Below are positions 1-52,595 of a stretch of DNA of 64,000 nucleotides, piece after piece. The stretch comes from Octopus sinensis (Eukaryota). The number at the start of each line of letters is the position of its first letter. The first letter of the stretch is position 1. Under the pieces are notes generated by a model. That model made no database searches. It worked only from the letters and a program-made list of their open reading frames with translations, and had not been told where the DNA came from. The stretch spans positions 46,128,001-46,192,000 of the forward strand of contig NC_043005.1 in assembly GCF_006345805.1 (NCBI RefSeq), read 5' to 3'. Position numbers and translations under genes: made by a program.

Positions 1-1617
1 GTAATTACACACACTGTAATTACTTGTGGGTGTTGACACTATTTCACTTGAGCAAAATGGCAAGTGAAGTTTATAAAGCCTTGCCTACATTATGACTGGT
101 CACTGTGCACTTTCAGTGCTCTGGGGAATAAAAAATACCTTACTTATAAAATAGGTATGTGTTGACGATGAGATGAGCATCGTCCAACCCATGTAAGTAT
201 GGAAAAATGGTCGTTAAACAAATCCTGTTTTTCCACCTCAGTTGCTGGTAAGATGGCAATGATCTTAGTCGGGGATTACACTTTGTGTAACAGAATTAAA
301 CTTCAGTATAACTTGCATAACAAGTAAAGCAATAGCTTTCTGTATGATTTTCTGAATTTTAAAATGTAGATCTTTTGGTTTTACATGTAAAGTGATAAAA
401 TAATTTCGTTTTATTTTTAGTGTCTCAAAGTCAAAAGGATAGAGAACTACTTTAGTCATATGACTTAACGCTTTTGTTAGCCTATATCTGTTGAAATACA
501 TTGCTTTTGTTTCGGTTAATTTTGAAAATAATGAAGAATTTAGAAAATTACTTTGTGGTTAAGTTGGTGTTTTGAACGTAAATTAACATGAAATTTTCGA
601 TGGAATAGTATAATTTACATAATTATGAAACGGAAAGTTTGTATCATAGGCAGAGTGGTAGTGTGACATGGGAGACAACTCCTTATATTTACCTCTTAAA
701 TGATGTCAAACCCTGTACTGTCATTTTTAAAACAGCTGTATCTCACCGACCCAGTAATGAAGCATAGGTGTTTCATAAATATATTTTTCAATTTAGATCT
801 TATTTTAGTGTATAATTGGTAACCTTAGATTGAACAATAACTTTGTTTGGATGTTTGAAATTTTGATTTTGTAGTTGATATAGAATGTCAAGGTGGAAAC
901 TAGGTGGAAAAACGAATCCATTTTACTGTTTTCGTGATCTCACTTTTAATCTCATTTGATTTTTCTTTCATGCTGCTTTTGTAAACCTGCACAAAAATAC
1001 TTTAAAAAATATACGCTTATACTTTTATTTTGATAAATTATAAATACATTACTTAAATATTTGATATTTGGATTGGAGTTGAGTGATTTCTGGCTAAGTT
1101 TGATTACACATTTTTACCACCATTTTCTCTCCTCTTTTCCAACTGGGGTGGCCATGTATCTCCTCCACAGCAATACACCTGTTTCTGTCCTCCTATCATA
1201 CTTCCATCAGACACAAAGCCACCTCCCTAAATACTCACCCCATGTTTCATTTGAAGGTTCTTAGTCTTGCTAGTTACTTGGCAACTTCACTGGTGCTGTG
1301 CCATGTCAGAAGCACCTAGTACACTTTGTAAAGTGGTTGGTATTAGGAAGGACATCCAGTCATAGAAACTATGCCAAAGCAGACAGAGCTGGACACTGTC
1401 CTTGCTCAACATTCCTAACAAACCATCTAACCCATGCCAGCATGGAAAATGGACATTAAATGGTGTTGCCTCTTAATATTCCCATCAAAAACTACAAGGT
1501 TCATATCACATTGTTTGCTTAACTATTTCTCTAAATAGTTTACAGATTTTCCTTACAAAGCTGATTACAAAGTGATTAAGTAATTTTCCCTCTTATTTTC
1601 ATTCTTGTCCTATTTAA

Positions 1618-1797
1618 CCCTTTTAGCATTGAAACTGGCCATATCTGGCCTGAATATTCTACTTGTTTTATGTTTAAACTGGCCAAATCTAGCCTGTTAC
1701 ACCTACCTTACAATCAGGGCTACAAGATAATGCATGGTTAATACAAAACTGCATGAATAAGCATTACACTTGATAGGGTAATCTGAACGCCAAAGGG
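1618..1797. mobile_element. piggyBac-like MITE
   Basis: TTAA|CCCTT...AAGGG|TTAA; a related copy at 12188-12395. Confidence 0.7.
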
Positions 1798-1911
1798 TTA
1801 AATAACATTAAATCATGGGCTAGAAATTGGTATGTGTTATTTATTAATTACTTCTAATAGTTAATTTATTTTAATTTAGGTGTTTTCACTTTTTCTTTCA
1901 TTTTTTTCCAG

Positions 1912-1994
1912 TGCGAATTTGGGATGTACGACCATTTGCACCTCAGGAGCGATGTCTGAAATTGTTTCAGGGACATCAACATAGCTTTGAGAAA
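1912..1994 (+). CDS. SNRNP40: SNRNP40 internal coding exon (VRIWDVRPFAPQERCLKLFQGHQHSFEK); upstream exons lie outside the window
   Basis: Polypyrimidine tract plus AG at 1910-1911 and GTAAGA donor at 1995. The peptide matches the SNRNP40 WD40 segment recalled from the human protein (VRVWDVRPFAPKERCVKIFQGNVHNFEK). Confidence 0.93.
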
Positions 1995-2292
1995 GTAAGA
2001 TGTTTATACTTCCTTATTGATACAGTTTGTCAATTTGCATGCTTCATGACCACTGTACATACATCTGCTGTTAAAGACTATTGTATGGTTGTAGAAGCAA
2101 TTAGTGTAACTACTTCTACTCAATCAATCTCTCAACTGAAATTTTTACCTGGTTTGGATAACCCTGACATTAGGCAAATATGCCATACTTATACTATTTG
2201 TGGCTTCAAAATATGGAAACCTCCCTAACTCAACAAGTTAAACTGACAAGCAGGAAAGACATAGTTATCATTGCTATTAAGTACCCATAGGT

Positions 2293-2642
2293 GCAGGCAC
2301 AGCTGTGTGGTAAGAAGTTTGTTTCCCAACCACATGGTTCCAGGTTCAGTCTCATTGCATGGCACCTTGTGCAAGTGTCTTCTAATATAGCCTCAGGCCA
2401 ACCAAAATCTTGTGAGTGGATTTGATAGACGGAAACTGAAAGAAGTCTGTCGTATATGTGTGGCTTTTGCACCCCCATCACTACTTGACAACTGGTGTTG
2501 GTGTGTTTACGTCCCTGTAAATTAGCGGTTCAGCAAAAGTGACCGATATAATAAGTCTAGGGGGTTGATTTGTTTGACTAAAACACTTCAAGGCAGTGCT
2601 CCAGCATGGCTGCAGTCAAATGATTAAAACAGGTAAAAGAAT
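2293..2642 (+). mobile_element. tRNA-derived SINE, family B (GCTGTGTGGTAAGAAG head, internal (TG)n, TAAAAGA tail)
   Basis: A/B-box-like head; more than 15 homologous copies in the window. Confidence 0.75.
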
Positions 2643-3377
2643 AGATAGCTATGTTTGAGCAAAAGAGTTTTTGGCATGGATTTAGTTGATCACATATTTT
2701 GAAACAAACGTATCCAGCATCTGGATTTACTATACATTTCTGTTTGCACACTTGTTTCTAATTCCTTAGCAATTCAGCCTTAAATTTTGATTGGCTAAAG
2801 TTAAAGCCTGTGTGAAATGCATTATCCTTATTAGATGTGGAATACCCTCCACTTAATGATGATTAACATGTTTATTCTTAATACATTCTGGCAGAGTCAG
2901 ATGCAAATATTTTAGTCACTGTTGTGTGTGTCACAGAAGAATAGCTTCACTTTTCTACAATGACAGTTTATTCACAACATACTTGACTCATTGATGCAAG
3001 GGATTCTGGGACATTGGTTTTTAACAAATTTTCTCATCAGCAACAAGGATCCAGACTGTTAAGCTTATATATATAAGTCACTGGCTTTGTTTATAATTTC
3101 AGCTAACAAAACTGTTTGCTGATCAGTGCTGATCTCTGCCAACCAATAAAAACTATTTGCAGTGTACAATGAAACCTGAAGTGAATATATAGAAATCATT
3201 GTTTCAGATTTCGCTGTACTCAGTGCAAATAATGATTTTTTTAAATCTACAATTAAACTAATTTAGAATTATGCATTCCATTTCTTAGCTATATTGCAAG
3301 TGCTAGAGTGTGAATTTGGTTCTTTATCAACTATTGTTGAATATTTGTCAGTTTTTAATATTTCTCATTCGTTACAG

Positions 3378-3543
3378 AACTTACTGAGATGTTCTTGGTC
3401 ATCTGATGGGCGTAAGATCTCTGCTGGCTCCGGTGATCGATTTGTATATATTTGGGATACAGCAACACGACAGATTTTGTACAAATTACCGGGTCACACT
3501 GGCTCTGTGAATGAAGTAGACTTTCACCCTCATGAACCAATTG
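3378..3543 (+). CDS. SNRNP40: SNRNP40 coding exon (NLLRCSWSSDGRKISAGSGDRFVYIWDTATRQILYKLPGHTGSVNEVDFHPHEPI)
   Basis: TTACAG acceptor and GTAAAT donor. In frame with the previous exon; WD40 GH...WD repeats. Confidence 0.95.
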
Positions 3544-3937
3544 GTAAATATGTTTTTAATAATTTATATAATAATCTGCTTGTTCATTTGCCTGTTATAC
3601 TTTAGTTTGTTAGAGAGGTGGATTGAGTGAGATGTGGAGTTAAAGTGAGAGAGAGAGAGAGGGGAGGAGTTTGAGTAGAGAAGAAAGGAGGAAGAAGTAG
3701 AGAAAGATGTATAATAAGGCCAAATGTGTAATGTGGTTAGTTGAAGTGAGAGAAAAAGACAGCAAGAGAATAGAGGGAGAGAGAAGTGTTAATGACATGC
3801 TGTTGGGTGGGGAGGGAAAGGTGAAGAGAAAGAGAGAAATGTTAAAGACACGAAGAGGGAAATGACAAGGTTAAAACGTTTGTTGAAGAGAAAAAGAAAT
3901 ATAAAGTGTTAGCAGAGGGAAATTTCAAAATCATATA

Positions 3938-4006
3938 CAGGGTGGCCTAAAAGTAGGTTTAAAAGTGCCTACGTGATAACTGTAAACCTACTTTTGGGCC
4001 ACCCTG
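3938..4006. mobile_element. 69-bp Tc1/mariner MITE
   Basis: TA|CAGGGTGGCC(T/C)AAAAGTAGGTTTA TIRs match at 23/24; TA target duplication. Confidence 0.8.
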
Positions 4007-4192
4007 TATATGATTGTGACTGAAAGAGAAATAACTTTGCAAAATAAAAATGCAAATTATCCTTTCTTTTTTAAATAGCTTCTGTTAATCTTTTTCATTC
4101 TGTGGAATTTTCATGGGTCTCGCTAGTATTTCATAATAAAACTATAATTATTTAAAATACTTTTAAAAAAAATCTGAGTTTAAAAATACACT

Positions 4193-4410
4193 CGGGCATT
4201 AAATGATGATAATGATGTCAGATACACACATAACTTTATAAATAAAATTATGTATCTGACATAACTTTATAAATAAAGTTATGTCAGATACATAATTTTA
4301 TTTATAAAGTTATGTGTGTATCTGACATCATTATAAAGTTATGTCAGATACATAATTTTATTTATAAAGTTATGTGTGTATCTGACATCATTATCATCAT
4401 TTAATGCCCG
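4193..4410. repeat. Perfect 78-bp-arm hairpin with a 60-bp tandem duplication in the right arm
   Basis: 4193-4270 is the reverse complement of the right arm about an AA loop at 4271-4272; 4274-4333 is repeated at 4334-4393. Confidence 0.9.
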
Positions 4411-5119
4411 TTTTCCATGCTGATATGGGTAGGACATTTGATAGAGACTGGCAAGTCAGAAGACTTCACTAAGCTTGGCTGACTGTTTTGGTATGGTTTT
4501 TATGGCTGGATGCTCTTCCTAATGCCAACCACTCTACAGATTGTACTGGGTACTTTTATGTGGCACCAGCACTGGTGAGGTCAACCAAATAACTGTGTGT
4601 ATAAATGTAACTATAAAAGTATTGAACCTTCTTTCTGATTATGAACCATTATTCTTTCTCCTACAAAAATATGAGAATACTACATTGGCCTATTCTTATA
4701 TATATATTAGTTGAACTGTTAATTTGGTTACTTGTCAAATAATCTGCAGTCTTTAATAGTAACTATAATAAAATCAGTGGGCTTTGTGTGTGGCTGTGTG
4801 GTTAAGAAGTTTGCTTCCCAACCACATGGCTTTGGGTTCAAATTACTATAGCTCTGCACTAACCGAACCCTTCTAAGTGGATTTGGTGGACAGCAACTGA
4901 AAGGAGTCCATCTGTCTCTATCTACCTGTATATATCTATCATCATCATCATCATTTAAAGTCTGCTTTTCTTGCTGGCATGGGTTGAATGGTTTGACATG
5001 GCTTAACAGAGCTAACTATATTCCAACTGTTTGTTATGCAGCACCTGTACAGGTGCGTTAACACAACACTGGCACAGGTACTTCTTAAGTGGTACTGGCA
5101 CTTGAAAGGACAAGCCTGT

Positions 5120-5335
5120 GTGGAAGACAGTGATTTTACTTAACTTGACATGTCTTATCAGGTACAGCAAAATGCCACATCTCCCAGTTCCTTGTCATTT
5201 CCTCAGTGAGGTCCAGCATCTGAAGATCCTTTCTCACCACTTCATCCCATGTTTTCCTGGGTCTACCCCTTTCACAGCTACCCTTTACAATTAGAGCTCG
5301 GTGCTTCTTTATGCAGCTGTCCTCATCCACATATA
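5120..5335 (-). mobile_element. RTE-clade LINE 3' fragment
   Basis: Peptide ...GSCERGRPRKTWDEVVRKDL..., the RGRP..W C-terminal motif typical of RTE ORF2. Confidence 0.7.
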
Positions 5336-5499
5336 TATAATAAATCTAAGCAGTTTCCTCTAGATCTGTCTGATGTTCACATGTAATATGTTACATCACG
5401 AATATAATTGGTTGTGTATCTGAATCATGTATTTTTGAAATACCACCTCCATTCTTGGGCTTACTATGTATACATATACATATACACACACACACATTA

Positions 5500-5820
5500 T
5501 TGGCTTCTGTGCTGGTGGCACATAAAAAAAGCACTATCCGAATGTGACCGATGCCAGCTGGCTGGCTTCCGTGCCGGTGGCACGTTAAAAGCACCAACCG
5601 ATTGTGGCCGATGCCAGACTCCCCTGGCACCTGTGCAGGTGGCATGTAAAAAGCACCCACTACACTTGCGGAGTGGTTGGCGTTAGGAAGGGCATCCAGC
5701 TGTAGAAACACTGCCAGATCAGACTGGAGCCTGGTGCAGCCCCTGGCTTCCCAGACCCTGGTCGAACTGTCCAACCCGTGCTAGCGCGGAAAACGGATGT
5801 TAAACGATGATGATGATGAT
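5500..5820 (+). mobile_element. Retroposon family D with (GAT)n tail (RTE-related SINE/LINE 3' end)
   Basis: GGCGTTAGGAAGGGCATCCAGCTGTAGAAA core and GGACGTTAAACGATGATGAT tail. Copies at about 1260-1465, 4394-4590, 11935-12055, 19790-20172, 24765-24945, 29940-30130, 32085-32328, 44143-44410, 45180-45400. Confidence 0.7.
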
Positions 5821-5891
5821 ATATATATATCAATCCTAAATAACTCGAATAAAAATGGCGAAAAAAACAATAGAAATTCTAGGTTAATGTA

Positions 5892-7141
5892 TTGGGTCAT
5901 CCCATAAATAATGTGCTTTTTTTTATACTTCTTTTACTTTTCAAAATTAAGAACAAAGTTCATTTTTAATCTAAAATATACTCTTTATTTTCAACAATGC
6001 TCATCCTTGTATCTGGTAGACTTGCAAGGCCCTTCTTCCAAAATTCACTCGTCCATGATGAAAAATACTCCTCCAGTACTGTTCTGACCTCATCTGCAGA
6101 ATTCATGTTTTTTTCTGTTCAAGTAATTTTGAAGTCTGCGGAATAAATGATAATCAAATGGAGCAATCTCTGGCGAATATGGCGGGTGGGGCATCATTTC
6201 CCATTTAAACTGCTCCAGCCTTTGGAATGTCATCCTCATTGCATGTGGCCAAACATTATCCTGATGGAATAATACCATTCATCTTGAAACCAAAAATGGT
6301 TGTTTTTCTTCTAGTGCTGACTTAAGTCACTCAAACTGCTCACAGTAGATCTCCTTTGCTATCATTTGGTTTGGGTTTAAAAGTTCAAAGTGGACTAAAC
6401 CTTCATATCCCACCAAACATAACAACACCTTATGTGGGTGAAGACCTTCTTTAGCCTGGGGTGTCTGTGTTTCTCTTTTTCCCATTGTCTTCGGTGTTTA
6501 ACATTTTTATAGAGAAACCATTTCTCATCACCAGTCACTATTTTGTCCAAAAAAGGTTCATTCATGAGATGTGACAGCAAAGAAGAGCAAACATTCACTC
6601 TCTGCACACGATTAGAATTGGAAAGTTTGTGAGGAACTCATTGACCCAATTTGTTGACTTTTCTGATGGCATGCAGGTGGCGATGAATGGTTGAATGACC
6701 AAATCCAGGCTTTTCTGCTAGTTCCTCTACAGTTACGATGGGATTTTGTTTCACCAGGGTTTGCAGGATGTCTTCGATTTGTACAGATCTTCTAGGCTGT
6801 AGTTTCTGGCTTGGAATTTCTGGAACCACCATTGACACTGGCTTATGCTTATTGTCCTATCCCCATATACAGCATTAATATTCCTTGCACCTTCCATTGC
6901 ATTGTTGCCTTTATTGAACTCATAAAGCAAAATATGTCGAATATGCACCTTTGTCACTTCTATTATAGCTTTGAAAAAATATCTGTTAAAATCGAACTGC
7001 ACTCTTCAAAACTTGCACTAAGAATAAGGTAAAATTACTACTTGCTTTTATAGCAAGTTGATGCAGGTAGTTTATCTCGCCCCCTCTAACTTTTAGTTCA
7101 TGCAATTGACAAAAAACCACATTATTTATGGGATGACCCAA
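5892..7141 (-). mobile_element. Full-length degenerate mariner element (1250 bp)
   Basis: 24-bp perfect TIR TTGGGTCATCCCATAAATAATGTG with TA flanks. Broken transposase: IVTGDEKW, FHQDNVWPH, HPPYSPEIAPFDYHLF. Confidence 0.92.
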
Positions 7142-7805
7142 TATTATGCTGTGAAGAAGAGATACTGGCATTTTAGACAGTTATCTTTTATCAAAAATAG
7201 AAGGAAGCAAAAGTGAGGAAAAAGACATCTTCTAGAAGAAAAAATGTGTAATGCAGTGTTATTAAGAATGAAGCTAGTAATTAATGGTAAGCAGATTTAT
7301 CATCACTTAAATTCTGTTTTCCATGCTGCCCTGGATTGGATGGTTTGATAAATTCCAGCAAACTGCAATGTCAGCTTTAGCTTGATTTCTACAGCAGCAT
7401 GCCCTTCCTAATGCCAACCACTTTACCATGGGTAGTGGTTGCTTTTTTTTTTTTTTTCATGCCATTGGTAACTTGCAAGAAAAGAAAAGTAGAGCAGAAG
7501 GAAAAGGAAAGCTCCACCCCTCGATTAAGTGGGAGGGATATCAAAAGGTTGAGAGGTATATTGCTATAGAGTAGATGCATGAGTACCCAACATTATATAG
7601 GGATGGGTGTAAGCAGCTGGAAAGAATATAGATGATGGTGACTAGATGCCAGAGCATCTCAGAATAAACAGTGCTATGTGGAGGAGAAGTAGCAGATGGT
7701 CATAAATCAGGTAGATTTTGAGGTTTTTATTAAGAGATGCTGCTTTAGATGGAGTAATTACAGTTGCATTTCATAATTAATATATTTTCATGTTTTCTTT
7801 TTCAG

Positions 7806-7855
7806 TTATGTCATGTTCAAGTGACAAGAAAATCTACCTTGGTGAAATAGCTTGA
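7806..7855 (+). CDS. SNRNP40: SNRNP40 terminal coding exon (VMSCSSDKKIYLGEIA-stop)
   Basis: TTTTTTCAG acceptor; phase-1 join G|TT is in frame; TGA at 7853-7855. Resembles the human C-terminus SSDKRLYMGEIQ. Confidence 0.9.
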
Positions 7856-9254
7856 AGATATTAAATTTTCATTCATGTGGTTTAAGAGGTTAAAAAGAAA
7901 AAGATCCTCATTTTGTCTCGACTGTTCATATGTCACTCATTTATTTCTTATCAATGCCTTGTCCCTCTCTTGTCAATTTGAAACATTCTCACAGACAATA
8001 TTACTTATCCCTTTTATGTAACAGAAGCAGTATTAGATTTAAATAAATAGCCATCTATGTATCATACTTAATGTAAATACATTCTTGAAAGGCGAATTTA
8101 CTGTGGTATTTGTCTGGAGGCAACATCTCTAATGAATGTGTTGTGCTGGAAAATGCAATATATGTTAGGTGCAGACAAAAATCGCCCTAGCAGGAGCTAG
8201 TGAGAACATTCGATACATTTCTGCTTCATTGAGCATTGTCAATAGCATGTACTCAAAACCAGATGCTTGTTAAGACAAAAATTTTCACCACCTAATATAT
8301 AGGAAAACAGTGAATAAACACTGATGTTACAAATAGCTCAATAAAAATCTGTTATATGGAACAGGATAGTAGATTAAAATAGTAATTTATGTATCATACT
8401 TCATGTAAACGTGTATTTATATTATGATACATAGATTTTTTAAACATAGTTATATAGCTTTCTGCTCTGTTATTGTATATTTGAGGTAAAATAGTGGTGG
8501 AATTGCAGTGCTTGATCAACACATCGTCATAGGTTCCTGTTTTACAACAGTCAAGGTGTTGTGTTCCTCATTAAGAAATTTGTGGCTCCTACTGCTCTGT
8601 TGAGCAGTTGGGAATAGGAAAGGCATTTATGTTTCAACATAATCCATCCATGGGAGCAGAGTAAAATAGCTGTCATATACAGGCATAAATCCTTATGGTA
8701 AATGGGAATGAAATGTTTGAAAATGAGATAACTTACTATTCTACTAGTGTTTTATACTATGTACTGGATAAAAGCTTGGTAAAAATAAATTTCTAACTGA
8801 TATATAACCTGTTACATATACTAAGGCAGTCATACACCAATTAGAAATTATGATTTCATCTGCAACTTTTGGTTTTTCTATCCTTTATATCTATCATATA
8901 ATTTCATTCACCACCACCTTATTGAAAACTGAATACTGATGTGTGAGCTTCCTATGTCGAACCAACACAAAATATTTTCAAGTATTTACAATTATTTTTT
9001 TAATAAAACATTTGAAACAAAATAAAAAAACAAACAAAACTCACCAGATCTCTTGTTAATTTTTTTTCATCATGTACTTGTTTCAGTGATAGAGTTGCAG
9101 CCTTCAAGGGTTTCTTCAAACAAATTGACCCCAGTACTTAATATTTTAAGTCTAATACTTTATTGTCTTAGTTTGTTTTGTTGATTTGCTAAGGTATGGG
9201 GATGTAAACAAACCATCACTGGTTGTCAAGTGATGGGGGAACAAACAGAAAACA

Positions 9255-9256
<2 letters not shown>

Positions 9257-9292
<36 letters not shown>

Positions 9293-9318
9293 ATATATAT
9301 ATATATATATATATATAT
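9257..9318. repeat. (CT)n-(TA)n compound microsatellite
   Basis: Directly visible. Confidence 0.9.
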
Positions 9319-10734
9319 GAAAGCATGTTGCTTAGTGGTTAGGAATGTTCAACTTAGAATCATATGGTTGTGAGTTCAATTCCTGATGGCACGTTTTGTC
9401 CTGGAGCAAGACACTTTATTTCATATTTGTTCCAGTCCACTCAGCTGAAATGGAGAGTTGCTGAAGAGATGACAAAGATTTCCAGGCAAAGGATATAAAA
9501 ATAAGAACAATAATTAATCTGAAGTGATGAACAAATATTATAGTGCAGGTGTTTATTTGGTGCAAAAAAAAACAAAAAAACCCCCCAAAATTTCAATGAC
9601 CATCTAAAAATATAACAAATTACAGAAAGGCTTTACTGTTTGTTTAGCCACCAGGTCAGCTCTGATTAAGTGAGTGACCCTATAATCAAAAGGCATTCCA
9701 GTCATGACCATATTGTATTTTTCTTTTAAGAGTATCTACGTTTACAATTATCCAATGTGTTCTTCCTTTTTAAAAACAGTAAAGTGATTTGGCTGCTACT
9801 TCTAGCATATCAGTAGACCATTTATGTGGCATCTTTTGTTTTATAACTGATGAGTTTAAAATGTGTAACCCATGTGAAAGCTTGCTGCAAAACTGGGAAT
9901 AATAATAAAAAAAACAAAAATATATAAGTACAGGTAGTCAAACTTTAATTATTTTTACCTTACCAAAAAGAAATGACTACAAAACTCCGAGCTGTGGTTA
10001 GTTAGTTAATTAATTATTTATTTAAACATGAACATCGCTCTATTTCGAAGGCACTATAATGAATAACTTAAATGTCGTAAGTTTATATGCAGGAATAAAG
10101 ATTTATCCCCCTTGCATCGTGTAAATTCCGACCATTTCAATCTTGTCGCTGTATTTCTAACTGTAAATCCCAATCACTGTATTTTAAATTAAGTGTGAAA
10201 ATATTAAAAAAAAATTGGAAGGATTGAATAAAATAAACATCTTTTTACATTATTAGTCTGGTGCATGAAATATAACATATACAAGTTCTTAGAAACTATA
10301 GTGACTAGTTTTCAGAACACTTTCAATCAAGAGTCAAAATATTGAAAAGGTTGCAAGACACAACGAAAATTTTAGAAAAATAAAAATAAGAAAAAGGTGG
10401 AAATTTTACCGGTGAGTAAGGCACAAAAAGAAAATTACTCTCCCCAGACACAACAGAATATGCTTCAACACACGAACTCCTATTCAGAATCTTGCAAACC
10501 AAATCCAAAAACGAAATTTAAATCAAGAGTTTTTTTTTTTCTATTATAGAACCCAGAGCAAAGAATCAAAACTGACATTTATTTATTTTATTGTTTTTAA
10601 CAATTTTAAGTTCCTGACAAACATGCTTTTGAAGAACCAAGCCTGTATTATAATTTAGTTTTCCCAGTTAAAGCCATTTGATTTTACTTTTTGCATGTAA
10701 TGCCTTTGGCGAAGGCACAAGTATCTCAATATTT

Positions 10735-11011
10735 TTTTTTAATAATGAAATTATTGTATACAGTGCTCAGGTGCATCACAACTTGTCAAAAGTGCATATA
10801 AAGCATATGCAGTAATGTACAAATGTCTGGAAAGTGAACAGTGAATGAGTCAGATACATGCTTGCATGTGTATGGAGGGGAGAAAATCAGGTGTAGTGTC
10901 TGCGAATCTCAGGAAGCATGGAAGTTTTGAAAAGGATGCAGTGCTCCGACAACTAACGACATATGCCGGCAGTTTGTTCCATACTTCAGCAACTCATGTC
11001 AATCTGTAGGC
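10735..11011 (-). mobile_element. CR1/L2-like LINE 3' end
   Basis: - strand peptide RVAEVWNKLPAYVVSCRSTASF (W-N-x-L-P motif) followed by a 3' UTR and an ATT-type tail. Confidence 0.6.
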
Positions 11012-11884
11012 TATTGTATAGAGTCAGAAGTTTTTTAACATTTTGGTACCTTATTTGCTTTATTCATCAAGTAACAACAGAAGCAGTCTAGAAGTAGAGG
11101 CCATCGTGTTGTACTGGCTGAAGCTAGTTCTTTGATCCCACACTGATCAGTTCTTGTCCTTTGAGGTGAAGAATTATTTCACTGAAGTTTCCACCTCCTC
11201 TTGGTTGATGAAGTGTTGCAGGCACAGGAAGTGAGCCATCAATTGGAACAAATAATAATCTGAGGGAGCTTGGTCCAGACTATATGCTGGGTATGGCATC
11301 AGTTTGATTCTCTCAGTTTCCTACAGTTTATTCTGGGTCGTTTGAGCAGTGTGAGGTCTTGCGTTACCTTGCTGCAGAAGAGTTCGCTTTCTGTTAAGCG
11401 ATGCTGGGTATTTTCGCTGCACAGTGGCATACATCTACTCCAGCAGTTTGGAGCATAGGTTGGCATCGATGGTTCAACCGTCTGGAACAAACTCATAGTG
11501 AATTATCCCTTTATAATTCCACCAGGTGCAGAGTATTACCTTTTATTCAAAACGCCCATGTTTGGTGACAATTTCCAGAAACTGGCCCTTGCTTAAGCAC
11601 TGCTTATGCGCATTAGGATTGTAGAAAAATATCTCCCTTGGGTTATTATTTCTTCCAATCCATGGCTTGCTTCCTGCACTTGCAATGCTTCATCAGCCAT
11701 GAGGATGTGGAAGCTTCAGCGAAGGAATTCTTTGCCTTGAAGGACAAGAAATGGCAGAAAGGTGGCTTTAGATGGTGCAACACAATGATCTCTACTTTGA
11801 ATGCTAGACTTCTTTTAGTTGTAACTTGATGAATAGAGCATATAAGTTATCAAAATATTACAAAACTGTTGACTCAACACAATA
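11012..11884. mobile_element. Fold-back mariner derivative made of two 3' ends in inverted orientation
   Basis: TATTGTATAGAGTCA... and ...TGACTCAACACAATA termini. The transposase C-terminus (PSDYYLF...) is read on - at about 11100-11560 and on + at about 11630-11830. Confidence 0.75.
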
Positions 11885-12472
11885 TGTTCCAAGTGGAAAA
11901 AGAAATATTTTCACTCAGCTTCAGGGATTTACTATTATCATCATCATTTAACGTCCGCTTTCCATGCTAGCATGGGTTGGACGTTTCAACTGGGGTCTGG
12001 GAAGCCAGAAGGCTGCACCAGGCCCAGTCTGATCTGGCAGTGTTTCTACCAGATCAGACTGGGCCTAGTGCAGTCTATATTATTGAGCCCAGAGAAAGAG
12101 AGAGAAATGAAAGCTAAAGACAAGTTTGGCAGGGTTTTGAATGTAGGACCAAGACAAGATACACTAACAAAACTTCTTTCCATTTAACTCTTTGGCATTT
12201 AAACTGACCATATCTGACCCAAATATTCCACCTGTTTAATGTTCAAACTGTCACAACTTGGCCTCTTGCACAATATTTTAAAACTATATAATCACATCAT
12301 TGAAATCTTAAAGCTACAAGATAATACATAATTAATTCAAAACAATGCAAATTAATAAATATTAAATTTGACAGAGTAATCTGAATGCTAAAGGGTTAAA
12401 TATTAAACAGCTGAAACAGAAAAGTACAATTCATTTCTAAGTCATTTAAATTTTTTTTTTATCTTTGTTTAA

Positions 12473-12700
12473 CCCTTTCAATTCCAACCCACCTCTGACC
12501 ACTCTTGGTTCTACGATACAAATTCCCTGTTTTAAAGTGATCTTAATTAAATCCTTCCATTAAAATTTCATATTAATTTATATCCAAAACACCAGCTTAA
12601 TAAAGAAAATGTGATATTAGTAAATTCTTCATTATTTTTGAAAATTAGTTAAAACAAAGACAGAGTGTTTCAACAGAAATACTGTAAAAAAAAAAGGGGG
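12473..12700. mobile_element. piggyBac-like MITE (second family)
   Basis: TTAA|CCCTTT...GGG|TTAA; related pieces near 480-720, 17636-17830 and 18660-18840. Confidence 0.6.
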
Positions 12701-12738
12701 TTAAAATGAAAATGGAATACTTGAAGTAGACCTTATCT

Positions 12739-52452
<39,714 letters not shown>

Positions 52453-52480
52453 TTACGAAAATAACCAGGAACTAATGTAA

Positions 52481-52489
52481 CCACGTGAT
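52481..52489 (-). promoter_or_regulatory. CLEAR-like / MiT-TFE E-box (TCACGTGG on the - strand), 29 bp upstream of the GALNS ATG
   Basis: CACGTG core with a 5' T flank next to the start codon of a lysosomal hydrolase gene; motif match only. Confidence 0.4.
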
Positions 52490-52595
52490 TTCGATATTCA
52501 TAGAGACAGCTGGGTGACAAAGTAGCTGAGGGATGATTATAGAAGTGAGAGGCGATTTTATGTGGAGTTGAGTTGTTCTTGAACTGACATATATA

